64,000 nt of DNA from Calcarisporiella thermophila CBS 279.70. Lineage: Eukaryota > Fungi > Calcarisporiellomycota. The notes below the pieces were generated by a model. The model was given only the letters and a program-made list of their open reading frames with translations. It had not been told where the DNA came from and did not search any database. This document shows, piece by piece, positions 26,185 to 39,178 of the stretch. The DNA is taken from NCBI RefSeq assembly GCF_041956535.1, contig NW_027192194.1, forward strand, positions 1,209,531 to 1,273,530, in the 5' to 3' direction. How positions within the stretch are numbered: position 1 is the first letter of the stretch; every line of letters begins with the position of its first letter. A program made the position numbers and the translations under genes.

Positions 26185-26837
26185 CTAATCAAAAGAATAC
26201 CCCAGCTCGCGTGCAATTTTCTCTACCTTGCTTGTGAGCGCATCTATTGATACTTGAGGGACGCCATTTTCAGTCGATTTCGCGCACCCCTGCGTCGCAC
26301 AGGTACCACTACACTGACTGACGTTTTTGTCTTCCTTTTCGGGAAGGAAATGATCTTTGGTGAAGAAATGCTCAACACCAAGGCTAGAAAGTTCCTTTTC
26401 CAAAGCCTGAAGTTCAGGAATCACAGCGCAAGATGGCAGTAGGATGTCTGGATTCTGGGTATGGAATTTTAGGAGAGTGCTATTAAATAATCCATGAGCG
26501 ATGGCAAATGAGTGAGATCTGGATGATACAAAATCTACTTTATGATCCCACGTAATCGCCCCACTTTTCTGCCAACTTCCAATCCCTCTCGAAAGCCGCG
26601 GTCAAAACCCTGCTGTAGTGTATAGTTTTTTCCTTCCGTGATTCCTTCCCGATATCCAGCCTAGAGAGTAAGGAGCGGGATAAATAACTGTTACCCAGAC
26701 GGAAAACAAAAAAGCATTGCAATGAAGAGTACATCAGAGTGGATCTGATGGAGACGCGACCATTCCCGGTTAGCCATCTCTTTTTCGAAACCGCCATGTT
26801 CCTCGCCGTCGGATGCCCATACGTCATCGCCCGACAT
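26185..26837 (-). CDS. YAE1: Yae1-like protein (deca-GX3 motif; cytosolic Fe-S assembly adaptor family)
   Basis: Spliced MSGDDVWASDGEE...REWSRLHQIHSD|AGYREGITEGKNYTLQQGFDRGFREGLEVGRKVGRLRGII... The ORF track shows the wrong frame for this part. Confidence 0.85.
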
Positions 26838-27070
26838 GGTGGTTGTACTGCTGACTTGTGAGCAACCAAAAAGAAATTAATAGACATGAGAATGATCATG
26901 CAAATAAATGTCACAAAACGAGTCACATAAGACATAATTTTGTTCCTGACGGGTGACGATCCGATCAAACGGTTTTTCATTTTTCAGTCCTCTACATATA
27001 TGCATATACAACCTCATTTCCCGCTTCATCATTTCTTCATTCCGAAATTTCGTAAAGTGTGTTCCATGTA

Positions 27071-28621
27071 ATGGGAGGCTTCATACTATGGTTACTGTGC
27101 CTGTGGATGCTTGCCATTCCGGCCAACGCCGAAACCTGCTTCGATATACCTAACCCCCTCTCGCCTTCCAAGCGCGTCGCCGTGTCGTGTCCCCTCGAGT
27201 CCAGGGCAAACTCCGCCAGTGTTTCCAAGGCCTTCGCCCAAACACAGCCCTCCCCCTCCTCCGTCACCAATTACTTTCACTTCGATATCACTTGCCAGGC
27301 CTCCCCAGAACAATGCTCCTCGGCGAACGAGCTGCTGCGACGAGCAGGAGAGATTATCTCAGAAGTGGTCGAACTGAAGCAGCCGGTGTCCGTCAACGCC
27401 AGCTTTTTCGCATTTTGTCGCGAGCTGAGCATTTGTCCTGAACGGTTTGTGACACTAGGGGGCGCTGCACCCGCAAGAGTGTTACCCGCGTTCGACTCGG
27501 AGGACGGGGTGAAGAGGTATGCAAATTGAATGGCCCCCTGCGGTCTATGTCCACCCAGCCTCACTCACCGTATTCCAATTCTCTTCAGATTGATACCCCA
27601 AGCATTGGTAAAGCAGCTAGGACTATACCAGCACCCCCAATACAGCCAGTTCGACATCCACGCCATGTTCAATTCTGAAGCACCGTTTTGGTTCAGCGTA
27701 CGTGTTAGATGGCCTTGGACCAAGCAATAGTAAGAGATTAACGCTTTCTACCCCATAGTCCTCCGGAACACCAATACAAAAGAACCAGTCGGACTTCCTC
27801 TTTGTAGTTGTTCATGAACTGATTCATGGGCTTGGGTTTGGATCAGGGTGGTCGGATTATGTGCACGAGGTAAGAGACCAACGGTGCCCGACATGGTTTT
27901 CCATGCAAGACACTTCCCCATCTCACCCTCCTCTTCCCCATGCATACGCTAGGTTCCCATCGCACTAACGCCTGATATCGGTATTCTTGGTGGTCGTAAC
28001 GCCCCGTATACCTTCGATGGCTTCTACGAGTTCATCTTCGACAAGTTCCTGGTCACCCTCCCGGACCTCTCACGCCTCACTACAAAATATACCCGTCTTC
28101 TCAATGAGATTCCCGGCATCAACTCCACCTTCCCAACCATTCAAGACTTCGTCGCCAACCTCACCAAGTCACCAGAGTATATGAGAATAGGAAGCGAACT
28201 ACTGCAAATAGCCACTTCCAAAGGCAAGCTTGGCTTTATGCCGGTGGGAGGTTCTCAAATAGGTGATGTGGTGGTGCTGGAGACGTCGTTGAAACCCTTC
28301 TCCGATGGCTCGTCGGTGTCCCACGTAGACTACGCAACCTATACCAACACAAGCGATTTCCTAATGCGATTTGTGCAGGACCAAGGGGTGAGGCTGGAGG
28401 AAGGGATCTCGCGTGGAGGCGGGGCCCACCCCATCGGCCCGAAGCTTAGAAAGATGCTAGCCTCGCTCGGCTATGTGGTGAAGGAGGCTGGGTTGGAAGA
28501 TAAGCCACCGTATGTGGACGGAAAGGCGGTCTCGGGGGTGTTCTCCTCCTCGCAAAGGATGCCCAGCACAGCAGGATGGTGGGTGGGATGGATTGCACTC
28601 CTGAGCGCCATGATGCTATAA
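27071..28621 (+). CDS. Secreted, probably GPI-anchored zinc metalloprotease-like protein (HExxH)
   Basis: Signal peptide MGGFILWLLCLWMLAIPANA; DFLFVVVHELIHGLGFGSGW in an internal exon (about 27790-27870); GSSVSHVD...FLM; hydrophobic C-terminus after SSS. Confidence 0.75.
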
Positions 28622-29647
28622 ACCTTGCTTTTTGCTGTGGAATAGACGCCTGTTTTCTCCCCTCCTCCCCCCCCCCCATTGTTCATGTTATGTAACCGTG
28701 TACATTTATATACAGCATTAGCTAATAGATTTTGTTGCAAGAAAAGAGGCTAGGGCTAAAACTAATTGAGGGAGAGAGGGAGATGGGGGAGGGGCACACT
28801 CTATGTCTGATGCACAAACCATGCAGACCATGCAGCGTCATGCAAGGGATAGGATGGACAGAGCTCCCTCCCCTTCATAGCGGAGGGAAGCTGACGACCT
28901 CTCTCCCCTTCCGCTCTTCGCGCGAGGGCCTCGAAGGCCATGTCCGCGGGAGGGGGGGGGAGGGGGTTGGAAACTGCAGTCGATTTCTAATTTTCCAGAG
29001 CAGCAATAGATTTGATACAACATGGGACTGTGTTCCGTTACGCGCTCGGAAATCGTTTCTCGACACGGCTGTCATCTGATCAAAGAAAACCTAACCTTCC
29101 CATACTCTATTTTGACTGCCCAAACCTTGTTGGTTGGTCGCTGCTAGAACCTCTTGGCCACGACAAGGCCGGCGAGGGTTGCAGGATTGAGTTAGCTTTG
29201 GCAAGAGGCTTTATTCACTTTCTCACTATGCTCGTTTCCCGTTGCAAAAGGAAACGGGTTATTTGTTGAGTGTCTGCAAAAGCCTAAGCTCTCGAGCGGT
29301 TTTTCATGCTCCACAACCTAGAGCGCTTGTTTGATTGAGGGCATGAGCTCGATTTATCTCTCTTATCATGCAACCTTGAATGATGGAAGTAAGTTCTCAG
29401 ATGCTTTTACCCGCCCTCGCCGTTAGCCTCTCCCCCTCTTCTTTCCTTCCTTTTTGTTCTTTCTTCTGAATGAGAGCACAAGCGTGTGCGAGAAGCAAAT
29501 GGGAGCGTTCTCTTTTCCGGAGGGCCACGCGGAGTGTAGGGCGGAACATAATTTCACACCCCCGTGTTACCCTCGCATCTTAAACTGCCTTTGTATATTC
29601 ATGCCAATGAATGCGAGCTGGACACCGTGTGTGCAAGTTAGAAATAT

Positions 29648-29654
29648 TATATAA
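29648..29654 (+). promoter_or_regulatory. TATA box of Cys-rich microprotein gene A
   Basis: TATATAA about 135 nt upstream of ATG 29788, followed by a pyrimidine-rich leader. Confidence 0.5.
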
Positions 29655-29787
29655 GACGCCCATTATCATCGGCCCTATTTATTTTTCCTTCCCTCGCTCC
29701 TCCTGTCTTCACTTTCCCTCCTCTCCGGCGACCTTCGAGACTGCGGCAAGAAGAAAAGAAGAATTCCCAGAAGCCAAGCAACGAACC

Positions 29788-30021
29788 ATGTCCGAGATAG
29801 TGTGGGTTCCCTTTCATTTCTGCCAAAACTGCGGAAGCGGGTGGCGAGGGAGCGGGTAAAGACAAGCTCAAGGCGACGGCGGGGAGTCTCCCCTTGCTAA
29901 CCATATGTTTATGCCCAGATGCTGCCACTATCCAACTCCCAACACCATCCTCGTTTGCCAGACCTGCAGTGGCCAGTATCCGGGCCACTACACCTCGTGC
30001 TTGCACACCTATGGCATGTGA
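29788..30021 (+). CDS. 56-aa Cys/His-rich putative zinc-binding microprotein, paralog A (exons 29788-29855, 29919-30021)
   Basis: MSEIVWVPFHFCQNCGSGWRGSGCCHYPTPNTILVCQTCSGQYPGHYTSCLHTYGM*. 63-nt GT-AG intron with GCTAAC branch point. Paralog at 44336 has the same intron position. Confidence 0.88.
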
Positions 30022-31696
30022 AGAGGTGCAAGGCGTCGTGTCCCCTCTGCCCTCTCTCCCCCCTTCCCCCGTTTACGTCGCTGGCACGACAAAAACATCC
30101 ACGCAAAACCTCCCCCTCTATGTAGTATTTATTCCCATATCTTCAGTAGCCTCTCCCTCCAAAAAAGATCACTGCACATGAACCTCCTCCTCATTTTTCG
30201 TGTATATTTCTATGCCTTTGATAGCTATCGATAGCGGCTGTGTGTATACTTTATTCATCTCAGGCTCATTGCTACCTGTGTTATTGTTCATTTCATTAAT
30301 TAGAGAATAACAAAACGGAAGCGGTAAAGTTGAAAATTCTCTCACGTCATTCCTCGCCCCACCCCGGTTTGGTGTATCACTCCCCCAATAGCCTTTAATT
30401 AAAGGCTAAAGCCTGCAGTAAATTGGATCCCCAATTCTTTAATGCTATCGGCTTTCTCCACTCATTTTCAGCCACATCTAAAATTCCAGGCCCTCGGAAG
30501 AGCGTTATTTTTCCGATGGCAAGTGATCCTTTGAATTCCGAAATTTGGCGGCATAAGTTGCTGCATGCGAGGGCCTGCGATTCCGCCTTTTTAGCAGCGG
30601 GAAGCCCTTAGGCCTTTTGCGCGGCCTTGGCTTCTCCGAGTGTATTCATAGTCCATTTTCGCCGTTACGAAAAGAGCCCTCCTCTCATGCAAGCGTGCAG
30701 AGAAACCTTGTGCTCCTCTCGTTGACGTTCCCCCCCCCCTCCTTACGTAATATCATGGAGAGTAGCGCTTGATCTAGATTGAATATGGCTCTACGTTGGT
30801 AGGGAGAAATCCTACTCAATAAAAAACCAGAGTTTTCAAACCATAAATGTACCGCCTATTGGGAATGGCATATTGTTTTAGGCGTTGTTTTCGCGCTAGT
30901 GACTCAATCGCCCTTTCCCCATTTCACAGAAATCAATCATTTTGTTGAAACGGGAAAAAAGGCGACTAGGAATAGCGTTCAGGCCATCATCAGTTGATTC
31001 CCGACCTGCATTCGACTTATCTCCCCTTCCAATGCGTCTCCTGGGGGGCTTTGGATAAGACGCCGACCCACCTACTCATCACGTGCGGCGCTCGGAGCCA
31101 GACGGAAGGATCCATCTGCCATATGGATGCCGTGCATGAACTTTCAACCCTCCACTTTCTGCTCCCTCTGCGGACCGCAGGCGCACACCTTGAATTTTGG
31201 GGAAAATCAACCAACTAAGCCATGCAGACAACGTGGAAATTCAATCCGCGAGCGCCAATAGAAGGGCCGTGGCTTTTCAACAAACTGGTTTGGCATTGGC
31301 CGGCGTTTCGTGGTGAGGATGCGGGATCGGATTCGGATCGCTCGCCAGTACGAGGAGAACGCAGCTGGGATATGTGCAGAAGAAAGCTGATCTGTCGAGC
31401 TTTTTATTACCGTGGAGGCTGTATTTTTTTCTCACCCCTAGGGCCACAAGCCAGGAGGAGTCTTGATATATTCGCTGTTGACGAATCATTGCGCTTGGAC
31501 GCGAAAAGAATTTAAAGAACGAAGCACCACTCTCTCCCGCATACTCTAACACCAACACTTCGGAATCTAAACAAATAGAGCCGCCGCTCTCTCCAACAAT
31601 AAACCTCTTTCTTTTTCGATCCTCCTCTACTCCATTCGTTCTTGCTTAATCCCCTGCTCATCTCCTTTCGCAGCAATCTTCCCCCACAGCCCTGAA

Positions 31697-33181
31697 ATGG
31701 CCCGACTTTACCTCCTCCTTGCTGCGCTCGTGGCTGCTGCCTCTGCCCAGAATACTCCATTGGCCAATCCGAATTGCGTCAATGCATTCGACCCGAACGC
31801 CAAGTATTTCAAGTATGAAACCAAAGGTAACTAGTACCAGACTGGATGGCATCAGGATATTATGGCCCCCTCAACCCTATTCCCCATGTCATGTCTAGTG
31901 GACACGGCGTCCCTTTTCAGTATACAGTACTTTAATAACTACAAGCTTGTGTCAAACAAGTATTCTAATCAGACCTTCGCCCTCGTCCAATGTGGCACTC
32001 CGCGTCCAGCGAGTATCCCAGCGAATATGACTGTTTTCGAGATTCCTGTGAGCCGAGTTGCGACACTTGAAACTACAGCGACCGCCTTCCTAGACTACTT
32101 GGGCGTCGTTGACACTATCGTCGCTTTTGACACAGAATCCGCCGTCACCTCTCCATGCCTACAAAAAAAAAGGGAGCAGGGCTCAGCTAGAGCAATTCCG
32201 AGCAATATAACCGAAACAAACCTGCTGCTTTCCAATGTGGATGTGGTCTTTGGGGGCTCCTTCTTCCCCAAGGATATGAATCTGACCAAAGCGGTTTATA
32301 CAAGCGAAGTCCAAGATCCTGGACCACTTAATGTAAGTTGCCATTTCATAGGGCTGCTTCGAAAGAGGGGCCTTGTTATTTATATTCCGGCGTTTTTCAT
32401 TCCATCTTTCAACCAATTGATTCGATAGCGTGCGGAATGGTTGGAGTTCTTTTCTCTGTTCTACAACTTGGAAGAGACGGCCGAAAAGAAGACGAGAGAC
32501 ATTAACAACAACTACAACTGCTTCAAGAATGGCGCTGCCAAGGCTAAATCAAAACCACTGGTCGCCTGGACTTCCTATTTGGCCCCGAGTGAGTTCAACA
32601 ATAACACCGCAAGCTGGAGCATCTCGACCGCTGCCTACAAGAAGCAGCTGACGGAGGATGCCTCCGCCCTCTTCCATGCGCCCACCACCTTTAACTTCAA
32701 TAGCTCCGCCGCCTTCCTCGAGGCAATGAAGGAGGTAGACGTCATGATCGATGAGACGTTTATCGCCAGAACTATGGACGATGTGCTCAAAAACTATGGC
32801 ATTAGTGACGCTGGGGCGTACAAATTCACGAAATCGCAGCAGGTATACCGCCTTGACGGTATTCAATCCACAGGAGGTGGCTTCGACTGGTTTGCCACTC
32901 CCGTTGTGCAGGCAGATGCGACCCTGGAAGCGCTGATCTACGCACTGCACCCGGAAATGAAGAACGGCAAGAGCACCCGGTGGTTCCGCAACGTCGCTAA
33001 CGACCCCATTTCAGAAAGCACTCCTGGGAGCTGCTCGGATGTCAAAGCTGCTGCCACTTCATTAGCAAGCAACTGCCAGTCTCTGACATTTACCACGTCG
33101 GCCGCATCCTCTCCCGCTACCGCCACTGCTCTGACCGTGTTTAGTGCGGTACTTGCTGCGGTGACTGCTCTATTTGCGTAG
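31697..33181 (+). CDS. Secreted/GPI-anchored periplasmic-binding-protein-like protein (Fe-siderophore/cobalamin SBP fold; CBA1-like)
   Basis: Signal peptide MARLYLLLAALVAAASA; FSIQYFNNYKLVSN, LVQCGTP, IPVSRVATLETT..AFLDYLG, VTSPCL, DPGPLN|RAEWLEFFSLFYNLE, DVMIDET, GGFDWF; Ser/Thr/Ala-rich stalk plus hydrophobic tail. Confidence 0.8.
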
Positions 33182-33852
33182 GGCTAGTTTGTGAAGAAAA
33201 TACTCCGGCTCCAGTTCCCCCTTCGATTGCCTGGGGGAGGGGGGAGGGGGCAAAGACTCTCCTTTAATTAATTTATAGTTCCTTAATGATTCTAGTATGT
33301 GTATTTAAGTATATTAATGTGAGGCTTTGAGGCTCTGAAACCTCTGAAATCATGAATGAAGTGCAGCGGCTCTGGTCCCCAACTAGCATTGCAAAATACA
33401 CCGAGAGAAATTCCTGGTATCCTGATCATATGTTGGCTATAAAAGTGTTAATGCAGATTGGATCGATGACCAATCGCTTGGCTTATGTTTTGCCTCAGCC
33501 TCGGAACAAAAAAAAATTAAGCTTAAGGAGTCAAAAGAGAGGAAAAATAACAACGGATAGCAGTTACCACACTTCATTTTTTTCCATTTTTCCATTTTTC
33601 CATCTATTCCTTCAAAAATCGTTACGAAACCAATGGCGGTATAATAATAGAAACATCATTACAAATTGAAAGAACCTCCGTCTCCAACCTTTGTTTTCTC
33701 TTTATTTGTCTTTGCTAATCGCCTAAGTTTACACCCCCCCCCCCCTTTTATTTTTATCTGCTTGATTATTTTATTTTTACTCTTTGATTTGCTTAACAAC
33801 CGGTCAAAGCTCAAGCTGCATTTGTCATACTGGATCACTCTGCTAGCAGGTC

Positions 33853-36800
33853 ATGCGCGCCTTTGGTATAGAACAGTGGCACACTGTTCTCTTCTTGCTT
33901 TTGCTCGTAGCCACGCTATTTGTTTCTCTAGTAGACGGTATGTTTTAATTCATAGCCACCCCCATCGTGTTTATTTTTATTTGCTCCATTTCATCAGCCC
34001 GATGACTCTGGCATTCACTATCATATTAATAATGTGCATATTCCACATGCTTTCCCCATAGGCGATTCACAAACGGATCGTCCGCTTTCCAGAATTGAAT
34101 TTGTCGCCCAACCTACTTTTAAAATACTACCGCGACTAAACACTGAATCATCACAGCTTCACAAGCGTTCTTCCCTGCCGCTTGAAGAGAACCTTCAACA
34201 CGATGATGCGGTCCTATTACGTTTCCGCGCCTACGGTCGCATTTTCCACCTTCACCTTGAACCCAATCTTGACCTTCTACACCCCGATGCTTCCTTCGCG
34301 ATCCACGACCCTGAAACTGGGGCTGTGAAATGGGAACCCCTTCGTGCTGAGGATCATCTAGTGTATAAAGGATGGGTTGCAGATGATCACAACACCCACC
34401 AATGGTACGAACGGGACGCGATTGGAATCGTGCGTGAGGAAAATGAGAAGTGGCGTGAGGGTGCGTTGGGATGGGCAAGAATTGTGGTCCACAAGGACTC
34501 CTCGCGGCCAACTTTTGAAGGGGCATTTACGCATATGGGCGAGCTATACCATGTGAAGCCGATTGAAACTTACAGCTTGACGAAGAGAAGTGAGGATCCA
34601 TCCGTACAGCATTTATTTGCACGGGGTTCGGAGCAGAGCGCCGCAACAATGGTAATTTATCGAGACTCTGACACTGTACCTGAAGCTCTTATGAAGCGCG
34701 ACACTGCCATCATGGGGCCTAGCTTATCCTGCGCCATGGACGAGTTGAAATACAACCATGTATTGCGCTCGGTCCCGCTTGAGCAGCGCTTCTCATCCCT
34801 CATCGGGGCTCCCATCCAGCACGATAATTATCTCCCGCTGGATTATACCTTCAGCCCGCTAGAGAGGCGAAAACCTCTCCTCTCCACCTTTCCCTCTCTC
34901 TCGCTTGAAAGGCGCGCACCCGCTCCCCCGCGGCAGTTGGCCGCGACGGGGTCTCAGGGATGCCCAACCTCAAAAAGAATCGCCTATATTGGAGTTGCGG
35001 CCGACTGCACTTATGTCCGTAGCTATACTAATGTGGAAAATGCCCGGCGTCAGATCATTACCGACTTCAACCAGGCGTCCCAGGTTTTTGAGCAGGCATT
35101 CAACGTCGCTCTCGGCGTGATCACCATTGATACCCGCCCGCCCCCATGCACTAATGGGGCTGACAAAAATGCCACGTGGAACCGCGATTGCTCGGACGCC
35201 TACAACATCAACCAACGGCTCAGTGATTTTAGCCAGTGGAGAGGATCTCTTGGAGAAGATGGTGCGGCACTATGGCATCTGATGACGCAGTGCAAGTAAG
35301 TGTTGTTGCGATGAAACTTTCTACCTCCGCTTCTCCATCCCCCTTCCCCTATTCACTGAAAAATGGGTTCATGTATTTAATTTTTATGTTGTTCCTTGGC
35401 TAGCTCCAAGTCGAGGGTGGGGATAGCGTGGTTAGGACAGCTATGTACCTCTTCGGCAAGTAAAAACGGGGGTAGTAGTGGAGATAGTACGTATTCTCTT
35501 TCTTTCTAGACTCATCCTGCTGAAATTTAACTCGTTTTATGTCTTGGTGAATGCCCATTTGAAAGGCATCGAGATGAGCGGGGATGAATTCGTGTCCGGT
35601 ACCGGTGTTTCATCCATCACAAGAGATGAGTGGAAAGTCGTCGCGCACGAGATAGGGCATGGTTTTGGTGCGCAGCACGATTGTACCAGTGCAGATTGCC
35701 CTTGCCCGAGACCAGGGGAACCCCACTGCAGCCGGTGTTGCTCGGCCACCCCACAATGTGATGCCAATGGACAGTTTCTCATGAACCCCACGAGCAACAC
35801 CAGCACCAACCAATTCTCACCATGCTCTTTAGGGGAAGTTTGCGGGACCATCCCTAGCAAAGGATTTTGTTTGCAACCGCCCGGGTTGAGGAGAACCGAG
35901 AAGCTCGCCATGTGCGGGAATGGAATATTGGAGGAGGGAGAGCAATGTGATGCGGGGCAACAGGGGAGCGAATGTTGTAACCCGGATTGTACGCTCAAAC
36001 CTGGAGCGGTGTGCAGGTAAATAGCCCGCAAGAGTGCTTTGTGTGTGGGTTGGAATGCGCACGTGTACTAATATCCTCCATCTGTTTTCTTGGTACCTTC
36101 ATTCTAGCGATGCCAACAGCGAGTGCTGTGAAAAGTGCCAACTCAAGCCGGCAAACACGGTGTGTCGCCCTGCGATCTCCAGCTGTGACATCCCCGAGAC
36201 CTGCAATGGCACCAGCCCTATGTGTCCCGATGATAAACGCGTTCCGGACGGGACGGACTGTGGGGCCAACGGATTAAAATGTGCATCCGGTCAGTGCACA
36301 TCGCGTGACCAACAGTGCGCCTCCCGAGGCAACATGGGGGGTGGGCGTGCCAATCTCACCACGGCGTGCAACTTCCAGGATGGATCCTGCGCCATTACTT
36401 GCAATGACCCGGGACGGCCCGGCACATGTATCCGATTGAGCGGTAACTTCATCGATGGGACACCGTGCGGATATGGCGGGAAGTGTTTCCATGGACAGTG
36501 TCAGACGGGCAATGTGCTTGACGTCGTGAGGGACTGGTTCAACCAGAACAAGCAGATTGGAATTCCGGTGGTTGTGGCGCTGGGTCTTCTGATACTCCTG
36601 GTGCTTTTCAGGTGTGTTTATTTGTGCTTCCAACGAAAGCCCGCCTCCAAACCAATTGCGGTGCCGGTCGCATTGACCCCGATGCCGCACTACCCAGCCA
36701 CTCCTTCGCATTACCCGCCTCCCCCGCCCCCGCCTCCCGCCGCCTATAATGCGAACATGGGACGGGAGAGTGGTGCGACGAGCACTGGTTGGGTAGATCC

Positions 36801-37155
36801 AATGCCTTATAATGGTCCATATGGGGCACCGCCGGTGTACCGCTCCCCTACCCCCAACAGCAACACCCACTACAGTAACCACACCCCAATGCCCGAGCCA
36901 TACTCTCAGCAATATCCCCCACAAGCTTCCCCTCATTCGTTTACCCAACGGCGTGGGTCGTCTGCACCGGTGACGGAGCACCGCCCGGATGGAATCGATC
37001 ACTCGGGATACAGCCCCTACAACCCGCCCGAGCCTTTTTCACCCTCTCCGCCCCCGATCCCATCCCCTACCCCCCCGCTCCCGCCCCCTCCGCCTCCACA
37101 TCGACATCAGCGTCATCCTCCGGGATCTCCGCCCCCTGCCGGAAATACCAACTAA
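33853..37155 (+). CDS. ADAM-family metalloprotease (prodomain, reprolysin, disintegrin, Cys-rich, TM, Pro-rich tail)
   Basis: Signal exon MRAFGIEQWHTVLFLLLLVATLFVSLVDG; HEIGHGFGAQHD zinc motif with Met-turn FLMNP; CGNGILEEGEQCDAG; CDIPETCNGTSPMCPDD; TM IGIPVVVALGLLILLVLF. Confidence 0.93.
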
Positions 37156-37757
37156 AGGAGAGGGAGGCGAGGAGGCCCTTTTCTTTCCGGTTGTATTTTA
37201 TTTGATCTTATTTACTATTATTTCGCAGGATTTTTATTTATATACCGTTCCCTCTTCAGCTTATTTTGAGAGCCTTGACTCTTTCTTTTCTTTCCCATTC
37301 TCCTATTGTCCCTAAGTTTTTCTCTCCTTCTCTTCACCCCACCGTTTTTCTTTATTATTATTAATCTGAAACTGTACTTATTCACTTTTCATTCTTGGTT
37401 TTTGACTCGGTTCTGTAAAGATCTCTATGAATGCCCAGTTCCATCCCCACTAACAATAGAACTCATTTGTATTAAACCCCCTTTCAATCTTTTGCACAAT
37501 GGCAGTCAATTTTGGTCTAAGGGGGATCTATCCATTGATCCCCTCTAGGATGCAGTTTTTTCTCTCCTAGATGAGTCCGTTTTTGCTATGGCTATCGAAG
37601 TTCGGTTGATGTCCAAATTCTATGTTGTTTTTATTTCATCCGCAAAGCATACAATACAAATGTTCTAATTCTAGCTCCTTCCAGAGGCTCTATTGAGAAG
37701 TTTTTCGGCCCCACCTGGTTGCTCTAATGCATTGACGAAGTTCTTGACTCCTCCGAA

Positions 37758-38285
37758 CTATTTCGGCCCGGCTGGCTTCCCAGGACTCTGGCTACTCTCG
37801 TCTCGGCCCTGGTTATTAGCCAAATCTCCGGCGACCTTCTCTGCACCTCTGATGGTGCCTTTAGTTATCGCCCCCGCCGCAATCTCAACCGCCGGCTTGG
37901 CTAATTTCGACCCCACTTTAGATGCAGCCCCCAAGCCAGTAGCCAGCCCCACACCCTCGATGACGCCCTCTTTGACAGAGTCAATTCGGGATGCCGTGTT
38001 ATCTATATGTGGAGTTCCGGTGATCTTTTCCGAGAGTGCTTTGCCACCATGATTTCCCAGCGTACCTCCCACCACGGCACCGCCTAATGCACAGAGGGGA
38101 GCAAGCGGAGCGCCTGCTACCGACGTCAAACATGCGGTAGCCCCTATTCCTGCGCCTGCAAGGGCACCACCGGCGGTGGAGCCAGCTTTTATGAGCCCGT
38201 CCTGGGTAAAAAAGTCGGGAGAGGGGGTGGGAGCCCCATAGGATACAGAGATCGCAGCGAAAAGGATGAGTAAAGGCGTCTTCAT
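37758..38285 (-). CDS. Small secreted glycine-zipper protein (intronless)
   Basis: Signal peptide MKTPLLILFAAISVSYG followed by a GxxxG array AGSTAGGALAGAGIGATACLTSVAGAPLAPLCALGGAVVGGTLGNHGG. Confidence 0.7.
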   Translation of the reverse strand: MKTPLLILFAAISVSYGAPTPSPDFFTQDGLIKAGSTAGGALAGAGIGATACLTSVAGAPLAPLCALGGAVVGGTLGNHGGKALSEKITGTPHIDNTASRIDSVKEGVIEGVGLATGLGAASKVGSKLAKPAVEIAAGAITKGTIRGAEKVAGDLANNQGRDESSQSPGKPAGPK

Positions 38286-39178
38286 AGTTGGTGTTAGAAT
38301 CTTGGTCGAATGCACTCACCTTCGTCCTATTTATAATGGTTTACCATGATATGCTCGAAGATAGACGTATCGAGACACCATGCTGCTATTCAACATTATT
38401 GGTACTTCAGAATCATTTTGTATTTGGAGCCCCTTTTTAGTTTTCTGCGTAGAATTGGAGCATGTATTCCTGTAACTAGCGCATCCCTATTACATCTTGC
38501 AGTTGAACCGAATTTGTCCATCCAAATTTCCTCATAAGGCAAGAACTTGGATTGAATTCTCTGGCAAGCTCCGCCTTTGGCAGTCAACATGTTACAACAG
38601 ATAGATGGATATCGGTTACGAACCTCTCGTTATCGTATTCCTCTGGACTAGGACAATGTAGTCCACGAATGGTCGGTAGCCTACCTGCCAAGGTCAGCTT
38701 GCAGGCTCACAATATGGCTAACAGTTCCAACAAGGACGGGGGAGCATGCGTCAAATAGAGATATTTCACTAACAGATAAGAATAACACAGGAAGGCAGCT
38801 GGACCCTTAGATGCAATGATAGGCAGGATGAACTCAGCAGTGGCAAAAAAGACGGCAGATAAGGGACAGAGTATGGAAACGTGAACAATAAAACTAGCCG
38901 TCGTTATTCGAATTTATTATGTAGCGTTGGGTAGCAAAGCCTTTGCATTCAGGCGATGCGTTTTCTGTAGGGGCATTGCGAGGGCTCACTTAGTAGCCGT
39001 TTTAATAAAGGGGATTTTCGAGGGAGTCGTTTTAGTAGAAGAAAGTTTATTCAAATATCCAGTAGAGCTCCCAAACATAGTTGATCCCAGAAGCAAGGAA
39101 ACCAAAACTTCTCACAACTATCTTGGTTAGGCTGTGAGGGTAAGTCACTATACTAGATACAACAAGCCAGGAGAGGGC

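Noticed and set aside
26540-26980. 146-aa ORF in the ORF track
   Set aside because: Wrong frame. The real gene is the spliced YAE1 homolog on the same strand.
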